A stretch of DNA of 64,000 bases from a virus, in the IMG/VR virus record IMGVR_UViG_3300030419_004788, positions 32,001 through 96,000 of that record; one strand, written 5' to 3'. The first letter of the stretch is position 1; each line of letters opens with the position of its first letter. Under the pieces are notes generated by a model. That model was not told the DNA's origin. It did no database searches and saw nothing but the letters and a program-made list of their open reading frames with translations. Below are positions 37,264 to 47,426 of this stretch, piece after piece. A program made the position numbers and the translations under genes.

Positions 37264-40200
37264 CTACCCACAGGAATTGCCATCTGGGCATTCACCGCCA
37301 GCAACACCACCATTACATGTTCCTCGATGTACCCAACAACCACCGAAAAATTGACAACGAGTTTCATTCATTTGGTGTGCATAGTATCCACTCCATCCTT
37401 GTTCAATACAATCTCCTGCTTGTGGAATTTGCCAATCGTTAAATTCATATAACCATGTTAGATGGGAAGGTAATGCCCAATTATCTGTGAAGCAACAACA
37501 ACCATCCATATTGACATTATTACAATTATTATCTGGGAAAGAAGTACCATGTTTAAGTGCCATACAAACTTCATCAGCACTTAGCCATGGATGAGCGGGG
37601 CTTCCTTCACTACCAATCCATTCACACGAACGACCAACAGTTTCGTTGATAGCGTCCTCTCCTTCATTCAACCACCAACAACATGATGTCATTAGTTCTG
37701 AAGTATCAAATCCATCTGGGCAGGGTTCACCTCTTTCATCACAGCAAGACATATTGGTTTTGTCAGTAATTCCTTTATCGAAATTACCACCAATATTTTT
37801 CCCCTGCAATGCAGTACCATCATAGTCACAACAACACTCATAAGGAGTGCCATCTGCTAATATAATACTACCTGTCTGCATTGATGTTGTGGAAATTGTA
37901 ACATCTTCACCACCACATGAAATTGCATGACCAATTTGATTTAAAGTGTCTTTTATATCATTAATTCCAATCATTGAATAATATTCACTGCTTGTTGCAA
38001 GGGGACTTACCCATTCAGGGTGTGTATTTTCTGTTCCTACATCAACACATATAGCGTAAATGATAACACCATCATTCTTTAGATTTTCCGCTTCTGCTAT
38101 CGCTGCCTCTGCTTCTGCTGAAGAACGGAAGTTTCCATTGGATATTATTATTAATATTTTTCCATGAGTATGATTCAGTTCAGTGTTTATTCTATTTGTA
38201 ACAATTTCAAAATCACCCCTAACAAGTTGCAATGGTCTGGTGAGTACTCTATCACCTATTGCCATACTGTATATGCCTTCTTTTACTCTTGCATAATTAT
38301 TGGTAAGAGAAATATCTACTGAAGTGTCTGTAAATACTGAATCATTAAATCCTATTTTTTCATATCTTGAATCTAATTGGTCTACAAACGAAGTAAGTGC
38401 AGGTTTAATAATATTTGAGAATTGGAACATTTCTATATTTGTATCTGCGAGCAACATAACATCTGGACTGCTTGTTAAACTTCGACATTCATCTGCAAGT
38501 AAGTGTTCACCACCCAAAGAAGTTGGGGGTCCTATTGGGTCGGGTGTATTATAATTGTTGGTAGAACATCCACTCCAGAAAATATGAGAGTAAGAATTAT
38601 CGATACCATCATTTAAATCTGAACATGCTCGACTTGTTTTCTGCTCACATCCCCATACACCTTCAAAAGTGAGATGACAACACATACCTAAACATTCTTC
38701 TTCTATATTCACACTGCCTGGTTGACATATTGGAAGGTCTTCTATATAACACTGACCAGGTCCATCACCATAACCAACTTCAGGACATTCACAAATATTC
38801 CCACCAAAGTCTTCACACACACCACCTATACTTTGTTGCCATCCACGACATAAAGGACATGGTGCATATATTGGTGGGTCGTAAGGAACTCCATTTTCAT
38901 CTAAACAAAGTCCATCAACATTAACAAAACCAGCAGGACCACCATTCTCTGTTGGCCAGTTATCAATATCTGTTCCACTTTCACGACACCATGTACAACT
39001 AAATGGTGCATATGCCGCACCTTCATAATCTCCACCACCACCAATCCTATTTGGTCCAGCACAACGAGAACCAACACCCCAGAAAGTTCCTTTAGAACCA
39101 TCCGATGCAGTAAGATTTACACAAACTGAAGGGGAAGTTTCATAACATCTAGCAGATGTATTGGTATCACCGACACAACAAGCACCGATGCTTCCTTCTA
39201 GGCAACAGTTTACAGCATCTTCTCCTGTACACGAACCACCAATAAAGAATACACTATTAGGTTCAAACGAACATTGATATTCACTCATTTCATAACAAGC
39301 ATTTTCTACACAACAAGCACCTGTTTCTTGACACGGTTCTGGACAACCTCCTAAAATTTCAACATCAACACAAGTCTTTCCTTCAACATAGAAACCACCA
39401 TAAATATTTCTACATCTATTCAAAGAAGTTTCTGCACATATTCCATTTACACAACAAGCACCTTCCGAATAACAATTTGGTCCTTCTGGTCTTGAAAGAC
39501 AAGTTGTTGTATCAAATACACCACCCAGATTTGTGCAGTAATCTTCTGTAACATAATCCACACATCCAGGATAATCATCTTCACCTATTGTATTATCTGT
39601 ACAATAACAACAAGAACCTAGATTGCTAGAATCTGCGGCATATAAAGTATCATTTATAGTCTTTGAATTATCAAATACATGTTTTACATCTGTGGAAGTT
39701 CCTAATACAGAATCATGTGTTTGTCCCATATGGAATCCAGAATATATTTCAGTTTTACCATCAGCATTTGTGCTGATATATGTGAATGGAACAAATTCAC
39801 CAGTTTGACCAGCAGTAGAACCAACAGTCGAAGTGTTTTCAATAGAATCTTCTTTCTCTAGATTGACTGATGATTTTGCTTCTCTAAATGTTGTTAATCT
39901 TGCTATAAGATTTTTCTTATCATCATCCCAAAAAGTATTTAATGAACCATGTGCGGATAATCCATCATATATGTGTACCAATTCTCCAGTATTTCCCATA
40001 ATACCATATTGATATGTTGCACCCCTTATTCGTATATCATAATCTGTGACTCCGAGTATAGAAATATCTCTACCACTAGAAGTAAGGGTTCTAAAATATG
40101 CAGTACCGCCAGCAGTACCGTCTGATATTAATTCTTTAAAAATTTCACTATATGGAGAATTGGTAGTAGCATTATCAATATCAGAAGATGTATGCCATTG

Positions 40201-40527
40201 ACCAGAATCAAAAGTAATACCATCACCTGTTGCACCTGTACAACCTTCGACTGCAATTGTTGTTCCTGTGTCGATGGTAAATGTAAGTGTTCCAAGACCA
40301 TACGAATTACCACCAGAGGTTATACCATATGAAAATCCTGAAGTTCCATCATCAAAATCATACCATTCAAATGTAATTCCAGAACCAGTAATACCAGTAG
40401 CACCTGTTGGACCAGTAACACCAGTAGCACCAGTTGGACCTGTTGGACCTGTATTACCTGTGGGTCCTTGAATCGAACCCATAGCACTCGTGTCGTGTAT
40501 TCTACTTGAGCCGTGAATTACTGCCAT
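37264..40527 (-). CDS. Cys-rich putative fibre/adhesin (1087 aa) with collagen-like N-terminus, GACC repeats and a von Willebrand factor A-like domain
   Basis: GPTGNTGPTGPTGATGVTGPTGATGITG, TAYFRTLTSSG and GSCC/GACC units. vWA-like block DVMLLADTNIEM...KILIIISNG...AENLKNDGVIIYAICV...LATSSEYY at about 37915-38470. Confidence 0.7.
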   Translation of the reverse strand: MAVIHGSSRIHDTSAMGSIQGPTGNTGPTGPTGATGVTGPTGATGITGSGITFEWYDFDDGTSGFSYGITSGGNSYGLGTLTFTIDTGTTIAVEGCTGATGDGITFDSGQWHTSSDIDNATTNSPYSEIFKELISDGTAGGTAYFRTLTSSGRDISILGVTDYDIRIRGATYQYGIMGNTGELVHIYDGLSAHGSLNTFWDDDKKNLIARLTTFREAKSSVNLEKEDSIENTSTVGSTAGQTGEFVPFTYISTNADGKTEIYSGFHMGQTHDSVLGTSTDVKHVFDNSKTINDTLYAADSSNLGSCCYCTDNTIGEDDYPGCVDYVTEDYCTNLGGVFDTTTCLSRPEGPNCYSEGACCVNGICAETSLNRCRNIYGGFYVEGKTCVDVEILGGCPEPCQETGACCVENACYEMSEYQCSFEPNSVFFIGGSCTGEDAVNCCLEGSIGACCVGDTNTSARCYETSPSVCVNLTASDGSKGTFWGVGSRCAGPNRIGGGGDYEGAAYAPFSCTWCRESGTDIDNWPTENGGPAGFVNVDGLCLDENGVPYDPPIYAPCPLCRGWQQSIGGVCEDFGGNICECPEVGYGDGPGQCYIEDLPICQPGSVNIEEECLGMCCHLTFEGVWGCEQKTSRACSDLNDGIDNSYSHIFWSGCSTNNYNTPDPIGPPTSLGGEHLLADECRSLTSSPDVMLLADTNIEMFQFSNIIKPALTSFVDQLDSRYEKIGFNDSVFTDTSVDISLTNNYARVKEGIYSMAIGDRVLTRPLQLVRGDFEIVTNRINTELNHTHGKILIIISNGNFRSSAEAEAAIAEAENLKNDGVIIYAICVDVGTENTHPEWVSPLATSSEYYSMIGINDIKDTLNQIGHAISCGGEDVTISTTSMQTGSIILADGTPYECCCDYDGTALQGKNIGGNFDKGITDKTNMSCCDERGEPCPDGFDTSELMTSCCWWLNEGEDAINETVGRSCEWIGSEGSPAHPWLSADEVCMALKHGTSFPDNNCNNVNMDGCCCFTDNWALPSHLTWLYEFNDWQIPQAGDCIEQGWSGYYAHQMNETRCQFFGGCWVHRGTCNGGVAGGECPDGNSCG

Positions 40528-40528
40528 A

Positions 40529-43500
40529 TTATTGATTAATTCCTTGGTCTGAATCTCTTATTACTTTTGGTAAATCCCAAAGTTTTTGGTTTGCATGACC
40601 ACCAGTAGCATATTTACCATCGCATCTGATTAAACGAATTGGTCTTACCTTATATGTATTTCGTGTTCTGTTTTTCTTTCCTACAAGGAAATTATTTTCT
40701 TTTTCATTTATATCGAACTTCATTGCCCATGCAAGACTGCCTGCATCTGCGGTAGAACCACCACTACCTATAACTCCTTCTCCCGATGCAGTTCTTCCTT
40801 TTGTTTCATCGAATGCACCAGTAGATGTCCAGTGCCAACCATCAAGTGGAACAGCACCTTTTATTAAGAGAGAAGCATTTAAATCAAAATCGTGTGGATT
40901 ACTGCTTACACAATTTGAAGCAATGAATGACATTTCATCATGACTTGGAATATACCACGATGAAACTACAGCATCATTTGTTCCAGTTCCACCAGTAATA
41001 GTTGTTAAGTTATCATCCATTAATCTTGTTGCTCGGAATGCAGAAATATAGTCACTCGTCAATCCTGGACCAAAGTCTGTTGATGAATAGTGACCATCTT
41101 TATCATCATATCCTTCATATAATACATTGTCAGCATTAATGATTCTAATGGTATTATAAATTCCCCAGTTCCTGTGCCAAAGTCCATGTGCAGACTGCAA
41201 AGGTTTTGTGGTAAGTTTTTGTGCATATCCCGAACCAAGTCTTCGTGCATTCCTACAAGATGTAAATGTGTGACTTCCTAAAACATTTAATGATTTCTCA
41301 CCAATATTTTCATTAAACCAATATCCTTCGGAAAGTTTAAATACTGTTTGAATATAATTTTCGTGTATTTCATCAACCTGTCCTGTATCTGGATTGTGCA
41401 ATGGTCCCCATGAACTTCCTCTATTACCCCAATAGAATTCTTGAGTTGCACCATCAAAGTCTGAATTATAATAGTTTATAACTTGTCTGTCGCCAGTTAT
41501 TGCAACTGGTGATGGTGAGATTATCATATAATATGCATCTGGTCTAGATAACTCATCGTCCTCTAATGGTAATCTATCATAATCTGGACATCCTTTTTCT
41601 GAAGTAAAACCATATCCATGCCAGTCATATTTAGAACGATATAAATCACAGGTTAATCCTAAATTGTCCGATAAAGAACCAGTTGCACCAAGCATTAAGT
41701 TTTGCCAATCAGCATCTTTACTTTCACCAAAACTTTTAGAACCAAATACCTGTGAACCAAATGGTCTATAGAGTCCAACTACAACACCACCTGCATATTC
41801 ATCTCCAGGCATAAGGTCTAATCCTGCAACAACTGGAACACAACTACTGTGTTCGTCTGTTCTGTGTCTGGTATCTTCACACTTTGTACCCTTGCCTGCA
41901 TATAAGTTACCACCACTTATACAGTCACTTCCTGTAATCCCATTACCACATGTTCCACCAGAATAATAGCAAGCACCTGTTCCTCCATAACAAATTTCAG
42001 TTCCATCATCTAATGAACATACACTTCCTTCTCCATGAAAATAATAACCAAGTGCAAGACATTCTTTTCTTGTTCTTTGTGAACATCCTCCTCTACCATC
42101 ACAACATGCACCCAAACCTCTACTAGCATTATCACAGTCCATGTTTCTACAGTCTGCTGATAGTCCACCAAATGAAGTTTCTACATCTAAAAGTTCACCG
42201 AGATTTATACAATCATCTACACTTAAATCATTAAAACATTCTATCTTTCCACTGTTTGTGTAGTGAACACAACACGCACCTGTATCAAAACAAATACTTC
42301 CTGTCCATCCACTAGTTAGTCCACCACATACTGTATTAGAACCGTGCCAATATCCTGTGCATAAATCTTCTATTGTGTGTATACATTCACCTTCTCCTCT
42401 ACAACACGCACCTGTAGAACCAGTTGCACCAAATAGTTTTCTTTCACTACCCTTATATGAAACTTGTTCTTCTGGATAATATAAAAACTCACCGCATTGT
42501 TTTTCTCTATCATGACAGAAAAATGGGTCATCAGAAGTTCCTTCTGATATAACAGTACCAGCAGAATTCCATTGAACTATGTTTCCATGCCACGCTACAC
42601 CATCTGGACAAATTCTACCGCCTGGGCAATCAGAATTTCTTGTTTCACATGGCAACCAGAAGAAGTTAAATATATCTGTTCCACCACTAAAACAAGGTTG
42701 TCTGTCGAATGGCCATATAACATTAGAAAATTGAAAATTGTTTTGAGGTCCATATGTTGCACCCTTAACTATAAGTGTAAAGGATTTACCTATATCATTT
42801 AATGTACCTATATTATTTCCAGTGTATCCAAAACTTGCATCTGCAATATCAATCGTTTGTATTGGTCCAGTACTACCTACACTATAATCAAAATCATTAA
42901 GAGCAGTTAAGTCCAATTCAACTACACCAAATTTGTTTGGTTCTAACACACCACCAATTCCACCAGACTGCAACACATATGGTGGCCAAGCACCATCATA
43001 TGTTGTAATTTCATATGTTGTTCCTGCTCCATCGTTATTGTGTCGGAAACTTAAATACTTTGAGTTTTCTCTATAACTTTTTAGTCTAACACTAATACCA
43101 CCAGAAGTTCCACTTATATTATAAGTTGCTCCAGTAAGTCCTGTTAATTGTCCACCAACTAACTGTCCAGTAACCCCCGAACCACCTGTAACATCTAAGT
43201 AACCAAAGTTTCCTCGGTCATAATTTAAGTCGATTGTATTTAAATGTTCTAATGTTGTGTTTGTTAAAACACCACCAGTACCTTCGATGCTTCTTATAGT
43301 AATTTTATTTGAAGAATCTTGAACCTTAAATACTGTAGCACCACCAGAACCACCAAATCCTAATAGATTTTCACCATAGGTATTTCCACCATCTATGATA
43401 GTTTCTGTATTACCAGTAGGTCCTATAATAGAAGTGGGAGTTGTCCAAGTGGTAATAACAGAAGTTCCACCATCTTCAAACCTTTCAAATTGTGTGTAGA

Positions 43501-43675
43501 GTCCATCCGTTGCATTTATAGACATTGCAGTGATACCACCACCACTCCAACCAATAGGTCCTTCAACTGTTGGTCCATCAGGTCCAGTAGGTCCCGTTTC
43601 ACCAGTGTTACCAGTCGGTCCAGTTACTTCGGTTGCCCCAACGACTTTAAAATAACTGCTACCATATACTACCAT
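40529..43675 (-). CDS. Cys-rich putative tail fibre (1048 aa) with collagen-like N-terminus, four GAC(C) units and C-terminal DUF1566/Lcl-like domain
   Basis: GPTGNTGETGPTGPDGP and SFTLIVKG...VIWPFDRQPCFSGGTDIFNF fibre domain. GACC x3 plus GACY. C-terminal GDEYAGGVVVG...WYIPSHDEMSFIA...WHWTST...AWAMKF...KVRPIRLI. Confidence 0.7.
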   Translation of the reverse strand: MVVYGSSYFKVVGATEVTGPTGNTGETGPTGPDGPTVEGPIGWSGGGITAMSINATDGLYTQFERFEDGGTSVITTWTTPTSIIGPTGNTETIIDGGNTYGENLLGFGGSGGATVFKVQDSSNKITIRSIEGTGGVLTNTTLEHLNTIDLNYDRGNFGYLDVTGGSGVTGQLVGGQLTGLTGATYNISGTSGGISVRLKSYRENSKYLSFRHNNDGAGTTYEITTYDGAWPPYVLQSGGIGGVLEPNKFGVVELDLTALNDFDYSVGSTGPIQTIDIADASFGYTGNNIGTLNDIGKSFTLIVKGATYGPQNNFQFSNVIWPFDRQPCFSGGTDIFNFFWLPCETRNSDCPGGRICPDGVAWHGNIVQWNSAGTVISEGTSDDPFFCHDREKQCGEFLYYPEEQVSYKGSERKLFGATGSTGACCRGEGECIHTIEDLCTGYWHGSNTVCGGLTSGWTGSICFDTGACCVHYTNSGKIECFNDLSVDDCINLGELLDVETSFGGLSADCRNMDCDNASRGLGACCDGRGGCSQRTRKECLALGYYFHGEGSVCSLDDGTEICYGGTGACYYSGGTCGNGITGSDCISGGNLYAGKGTKCEDTRHRTDEHSSCVPVVAGLDLMPGDEYAGGVVVGLYRPFGSQVFGSKSFGESKDADWQNLMLGATGSLSDNLGLTCDLYRSKYDWHGYGFTSEKGCPDYDRLPLEDDELSRPDAYYMIISPSPVAITGDRQVINYYNSDFDGATQEFYWGNRGSSWGPLHNPDTGQVDEIHENYIQTVFKLSEGYWFNENIGEKSLNVLGSHTFTSCRNARRLGSGYAQKLTTKPLQSAHGLWHRNWGIYNTIRIINADNVLYEGYDDKDGHYSSTDFGPGLTSDYISAFRATRLMDDNLTTITGGTGTNDAVVSSWYIPSHDEMSFIASNCVSSNPHDFDLNASLLIKGAVPLDGWHWTSTGAFDETKGRTASGEGVIGSGGSTADAGSLAWAMKFDINEKENNFLVGKKNRTRNTYKVRPIRLIRCDGKYATGGHANQKLWDLPKVIRDSDQGINQ

Positions 43676-43691
43676 AGAATTATTACCTCAT

Positions 43692-45014
43692 TCAAGGGGT
43701 GACCGCAGAAACTGTAGAAGTTAAATTGAGTTTATCATTAGCAGTTCTTACATCAGTGGTAAGACTTTGTACATGGTTTGCCAAATCTGCAATTGTTGCA
43801 CCGTCAGTAGTCTTAGCAGAAATTGTACCAGTTGCTGTAATACTACTGATATTGATATTATCTGCAATGGTAACTGCCGCTTCTCTCATATCCCCTCCAG
43901 TATAAATTACTAGTTTTTTGCTTTTTGTTGTTGAATTTCCATACATGTCGGTGAAGGACATTGAAGTAGTATCACTTATAAGTGGCAACCTAAATGCCAT
44001 TTTGGTGACACTACTTGGTGTATATTGAGTATTGTTGTGATATACCGTTTTATTAACATCTGGTCCAACCGAATAATTATTACTGTCTATTACCGCAGAT
44101 TGAACAGTGATTGTACTTGTTACTCTATTTACTGCTGTAACCACACCCCTCCACACAACTTTACCTTTGTCATTCTTCTGCATAATCGTTTTATTTGTCA
44201 TAGTGGTTGATGGGGTAGAAGAAACAACCACATCATCTTCTCTACCATAAATCCCACCTGCAAGGTATCCATCACAGAAACCCACATATGTTCTATCTTT
44301 ATATGAATCGTGTGATGAATCATAAGGCAACCATGTTACTTCACTTAAATCATGCCAATTATCATCAGTAGCACTAATATCAAGGCTGCCATCGAAATCG
44401 ATAACCTCTGCAATAGCACCCTCTACATTTGTGGGTTCTGTTTGTCCTGCAACATTACCCCCAATTTGATATCCGATATAATTTACAACATGTGCATTAA
44501 ACACACCATCATTTGCAACCTGAAGAATTGGTTTAGCAATCTGTCCAGAAACATTTGGTGCAAGGTTGCTAACACCACCGGCAGTTACTCCACTTAAAAA
44601 GTAAACATCATTACCACCAGATGCACCACCTATTCTATTTGAAGGTTGATAATCTGCTGTGGCAAATCTAGCAGTTGGAAAATTAATCTGTCCAGATAGA
44701 ACAACATTAACGACTTCAAACCCACTATCACCCTGCATACTTTCAATAACACCAACAACCTCTGCATGTTCGGATACATCACCCTTTGCTTTAGTAAACT
44801 TTTGATAACTTGAAGAATCTGGGTCTGTGTCATATCGAATAACATCACCAGCCGTAACACCATCACCATTATATGTTCCACCAAGAGGAATAGACATAAC
44901 ACCACCAGAAAATCCACTAATAGGATGCGACATTAAAAGTCTTGCACCACTATTAGAAATATCGATGTTATTCGTATTTCCCCAAAGATTTGAACTACTT
45001 CTAGTACTTGACAT
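43692..45014 (-). CDS. Putative tail fibre / baseplate-peripheral structural protein
   Basis: GDVIRYD...AEVVGVIES...VVLSGQI...VYFLS...GQIAKPIL domain, shared with 45033-47390. Short C-terminal coiled coil. Confidence 0.55.
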   Translation of the reverse strand: MSSTRSSSNLWGNTNNIDISNSGARLLMSHPISGFSGGVMSIPLGGTYNGDGVTAGDVIRYDTDPDSSSYQKFTKAKGDVSEHAEVVGVIESMQGDSGFEVVNVVLSGQINFPTARFATADYQPSNRIGGASGGNDVYFLSGVTAGGVSNLAPNVSGQIAKPILQVANDGVFNAHVVNYIGYQIGGNVAGQTEPTNVEGAIAEVIDFDGSLDISATDDNWHDLSEVTWLPYDSSHDSYKDRTYVGFCDGYLAGGIYGREDDVVVSSTPSTTMTNKTIMQKNDKGKVVWRGVVTAVNRVTSTITVQSAVIDSNNYSVGPDVNKTVYHNNTQYTPSSVTKMAFRLPLISDTTSMSFTDMYGNSTTKSKKLVIYTGGDMREAAVTIADNINISSITATGTISAKTTDGATIADLANHVQSLTTDVRTANDKLNLTSTVSAVTP

Positions 45015-45032
45015 TATCGTATAACTCCTCTA

Positions 45033-47390
45033 TTAACTAGGCCTTCTCCAGACCATATTGTCATCCAACTCTGCATCTGCAAGGTAATGTAATGAAATAT
45101 TATCAAACAAAACTGCTCCGGCAGGAATGCTTATATACATTCCATACTTATCATAATAATCTGCACTAATTGTTGTTGCACCTGCTCCTGCTATTCTTTC
45201 AGTACCATTCCACCCAGAAGTTCCTGATGTATTTCTTAGGTCTTTTTGTGCAGTTCTATTATATGCATCTCCTGTATATCCACTACCAGGCGAATAGAAT
45301 GTAATAGATGGAGTATCTCTCAGTGGTACTGGGAATTTATAGAAGAAATCTTTTTCTGGTGTGATTGTAAAGTCTACAACACTAAGAACAGGAGTATTTG
45401 AATCCAACATAGTTGTCCAGTGTGTAAGTTCATCCATATTATAACTTCTTTGATAGAATCTCTTACACTTATTGTGTTCTTCGTCTTCATCTGTCCACGG
45501 ATTGTTTGTAGCAACCAATCCTCTTTCCAATTTAACCTTTGCCAAATCTAAAGTTGTACCAGATAATTTTTCTGTTCTAAACCCTACACCAAGATAATGT
45601 TTTCCTGTTGGGGTTGTAGTTATATTTGGAACTTGGAATGCCACTTCATATTTGTTCCACACTGTTCCTAAAGAAACTGTGGAAGGGTATGTTGTTGATG
45701 CAGTATTACCATCCCATTGAGTAACAGCAATATCCATAGTTGAACCAGTGACACCGCACTTAGACCAGAACGATAATGTTACTGTTTCGTTTCTAGCAGT
45801 ACGAACATCTTCTATTCTATTTTCAATATGAACATAATCTAATGTTGTTCCAGATGAAATATCGTTCTTAATAGAACAGTAATATTTTGGTCTACCATAT
45901 ACTTCTGTTTGGTTTGTATCGAAAGTTCGTCTTTCAAGATTCCATGTTGAACCATATGATGAACCAGTTCCATAAGAAATACCATCATTTCTTACCCACC
46001 TATCTGCAAAGTATGTGCTTCCTGTTGTTCCGTATGGTTCTCGTCTACCGATATCTCTCTGCCATACATCAAACCCACCATTAATTAACATGTTTGGATT
46101 TATTGCACTTCCGAATGTAACACCACCGGCAGTAGAGGAACGGGCAGCCCAACTACCAACTTCACCACCCGATGGTGCAGATGATTTGTATAGACCACTA
46201 TTTTGAGCCAATCGGTTCATTATAACACCACGAGTTGTTCCACCTTCATCCCATGCAATTGCAAATACTTTATCCAACGAACCTACTACATTGCTTGTTA
46301 ATTTTCCGTCTGCACCAATATATAACAAACCGTAATTGCTATTTGATGGGAAGTTGTCTACCCATCCAGTATTTGCTATTTCAATATATTTATTTCCACC
46401 TATATCAAAGTTTGCTTTTGTGCATATACCTACTGCTTTGTCTATAGAATCAATATTATTTTCGTTGCAGATGAACCAACCATATGCTCCACCCACATCA
46501 GCAGTTAAATCTTGACCAACAACATGACCAGTTTCAAATGTAACTGTGTTGTCCACCAACACTATAAATCTATTATTATCAATACCACCTGTGCCACCTG
46601 TACCAGTACCTTGTAAATATTGTCCTCTATAATTAAGAACCATTGCTTTATCAGCAGTGATTCCCAACAGAACTGGTTTGCTGACTTGTCCTGAAATTAC
46701 GGGTTCGGTTGTAGTTAATCCACCTGTTACGCCAGGGTCTAAGAAATATACTTCACCCGCACTAAGACCAAAACCTGTAACATTTGCTGTTGTAAAGTCA
46801 CCTTGAATTATTCCACTTGTAGCAACTTCAACATATGTGTTTGTTGTTGTATAAGGTCCTTCTGGTGTACCTGAACTACTCGGCCAAGTGATACCAGTAA
46901 CAACACCAAAAACTTCTGCACCTGTTACACCACTCGCTTGTGCAAGTGTAATACCATAACCGTGAGTACCGCCCGGAAGTGCTTCTAACCTAACAGGTTG
47001 TCCGAATATATAACCACCACCAGTTCCTAGTCCACCAGCACCACCAGAAATACCTGTTAATCCTGCGGAATGACCAAATCTGGTTTTCAATGCATCAAGA
47101 TTAAATCCACCATCTACATTTAAAGTACCCTTAATGGTAATATCATCACTAAATGTAATACCTTTGGTAATAGTATCGTTTAAATCACATCTAAATACAC
47201 CACCCCAAGTTGTACCATCCATGGTCGTGCCAAGTGTTATTCCTATACCATCACCAGAAACACCATTAAAAATTCGTATATTATTTAATTTTTCAACGGT
47301 ATAATTATTGTAATGGTTTACCCAATCCAAAAAGGTATCGTTACCTGTTAGATATGGTATATCAAAGTTATTGTCGTCTACTGTTGCCAT
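45033..47390 (-). CDS. Putative tail fibre with two copies of an internal fibre domain and a carbohydrate-binding-like C-terminal domain
   Basis: N-terminal GNDTFLDWVNHYN resembles the T-D-T-F-x-x-W start of T4-like fibre/fibritin proteins. AEVFGVV...GEVYFLD...GQVSKPVL and a second related copy follow. NMLINGGFDVWQR...YFADRW...VTLSFW...KVKLERG...CKRFYQ is a jelly-roll/CBM-like block. Confidence 0.65.
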   Translation of the reverse strand: MATVDDNNFDIPYLTGNDTFLDWVNHYNNYTVEKLNNIRIFNGVSGDGIGITLGTTMDGTTWGGVFRCDLNDTITKGITFSDDITIKGTLNVDGGFNLDALKTRFGHSAGLTGISGGAGGLGTGGGYIFGQPVRLEALPGGTHGYGITLAQASGVTGAEVFGVVTGITWPSSSGTPEGPYTTTNTYVEVATSGIIQGDFTTANVTGFGLSAGEVYFLDPGVTGGLTTTEPVISGQVSKPVLLGITADKAMVLNYRGQYLQGTGTGGTGGIDNNRFIVLVDNTVTFETGHVVGQDLTADVGGAYGWFICNENNIDSIDKAVGICTKANFDIGGNKYIEIANTGWVDNFPSNSNYGLLYIGADGKLTSNVVGSLDKVFAIAWDEGGTTRGVIMNRLAQNSGLYKSSAPSGGEVGSWAARSSTAGGVTFGSAINPNMLINGGFDVWQRDIGRREPYGTTGSTYFADRWVRNDGISYGTGSSYGSTWNLERRTFDTNQTEVYGRPKYYCSIKNDISSGTTLDYVHIENRIEDVRTARNETVTLSFWSKCGVTGSTMDIAVTQWDGNTASTTYPSTVSLGTVWNKYEVAFQVPNITTTPTGKHYLGVGFRTEKLSGTTLDLAKVKLERGLVATNNPWTDEDEEHNKCKRFYQRSYNMDELTHWTTMLDSNTPVLSVVDFTITPEKDFFYKFPVPLRDTPSITFYSPGSGYTGDAYNRTAQKDLRNTSGTSGWNGTERIAGAGATTISADYYDKYGMYISIPAGAVLFDNISLHYLADAELDDNMVWRRPS

Positions 47391-47408
47391 GTGTATTTCT
47401 CTTTACTT

Positions 47409-47416
47409 TATTTATA
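47409..47416 (-). promoter_or_regulatory. T4-type late promoter TATAAATA
   Basis: Exact motif 18 nt upstream of the ATG at 47390. Confidence 0.8.
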
Positions 47417-47426
47417 CCTTTTATAC

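Noticed and set aside
24723-43675. Diversity-generating retroelement targeting the DUF1566-like tips
   Set aside because: There is no reverse transcriptase in the window and no TR/VR pair with adenine-specific mismatches. Paralogue differences look like ordinary, mostly synonymous divergence. It remains possible elsewhere in the genome.
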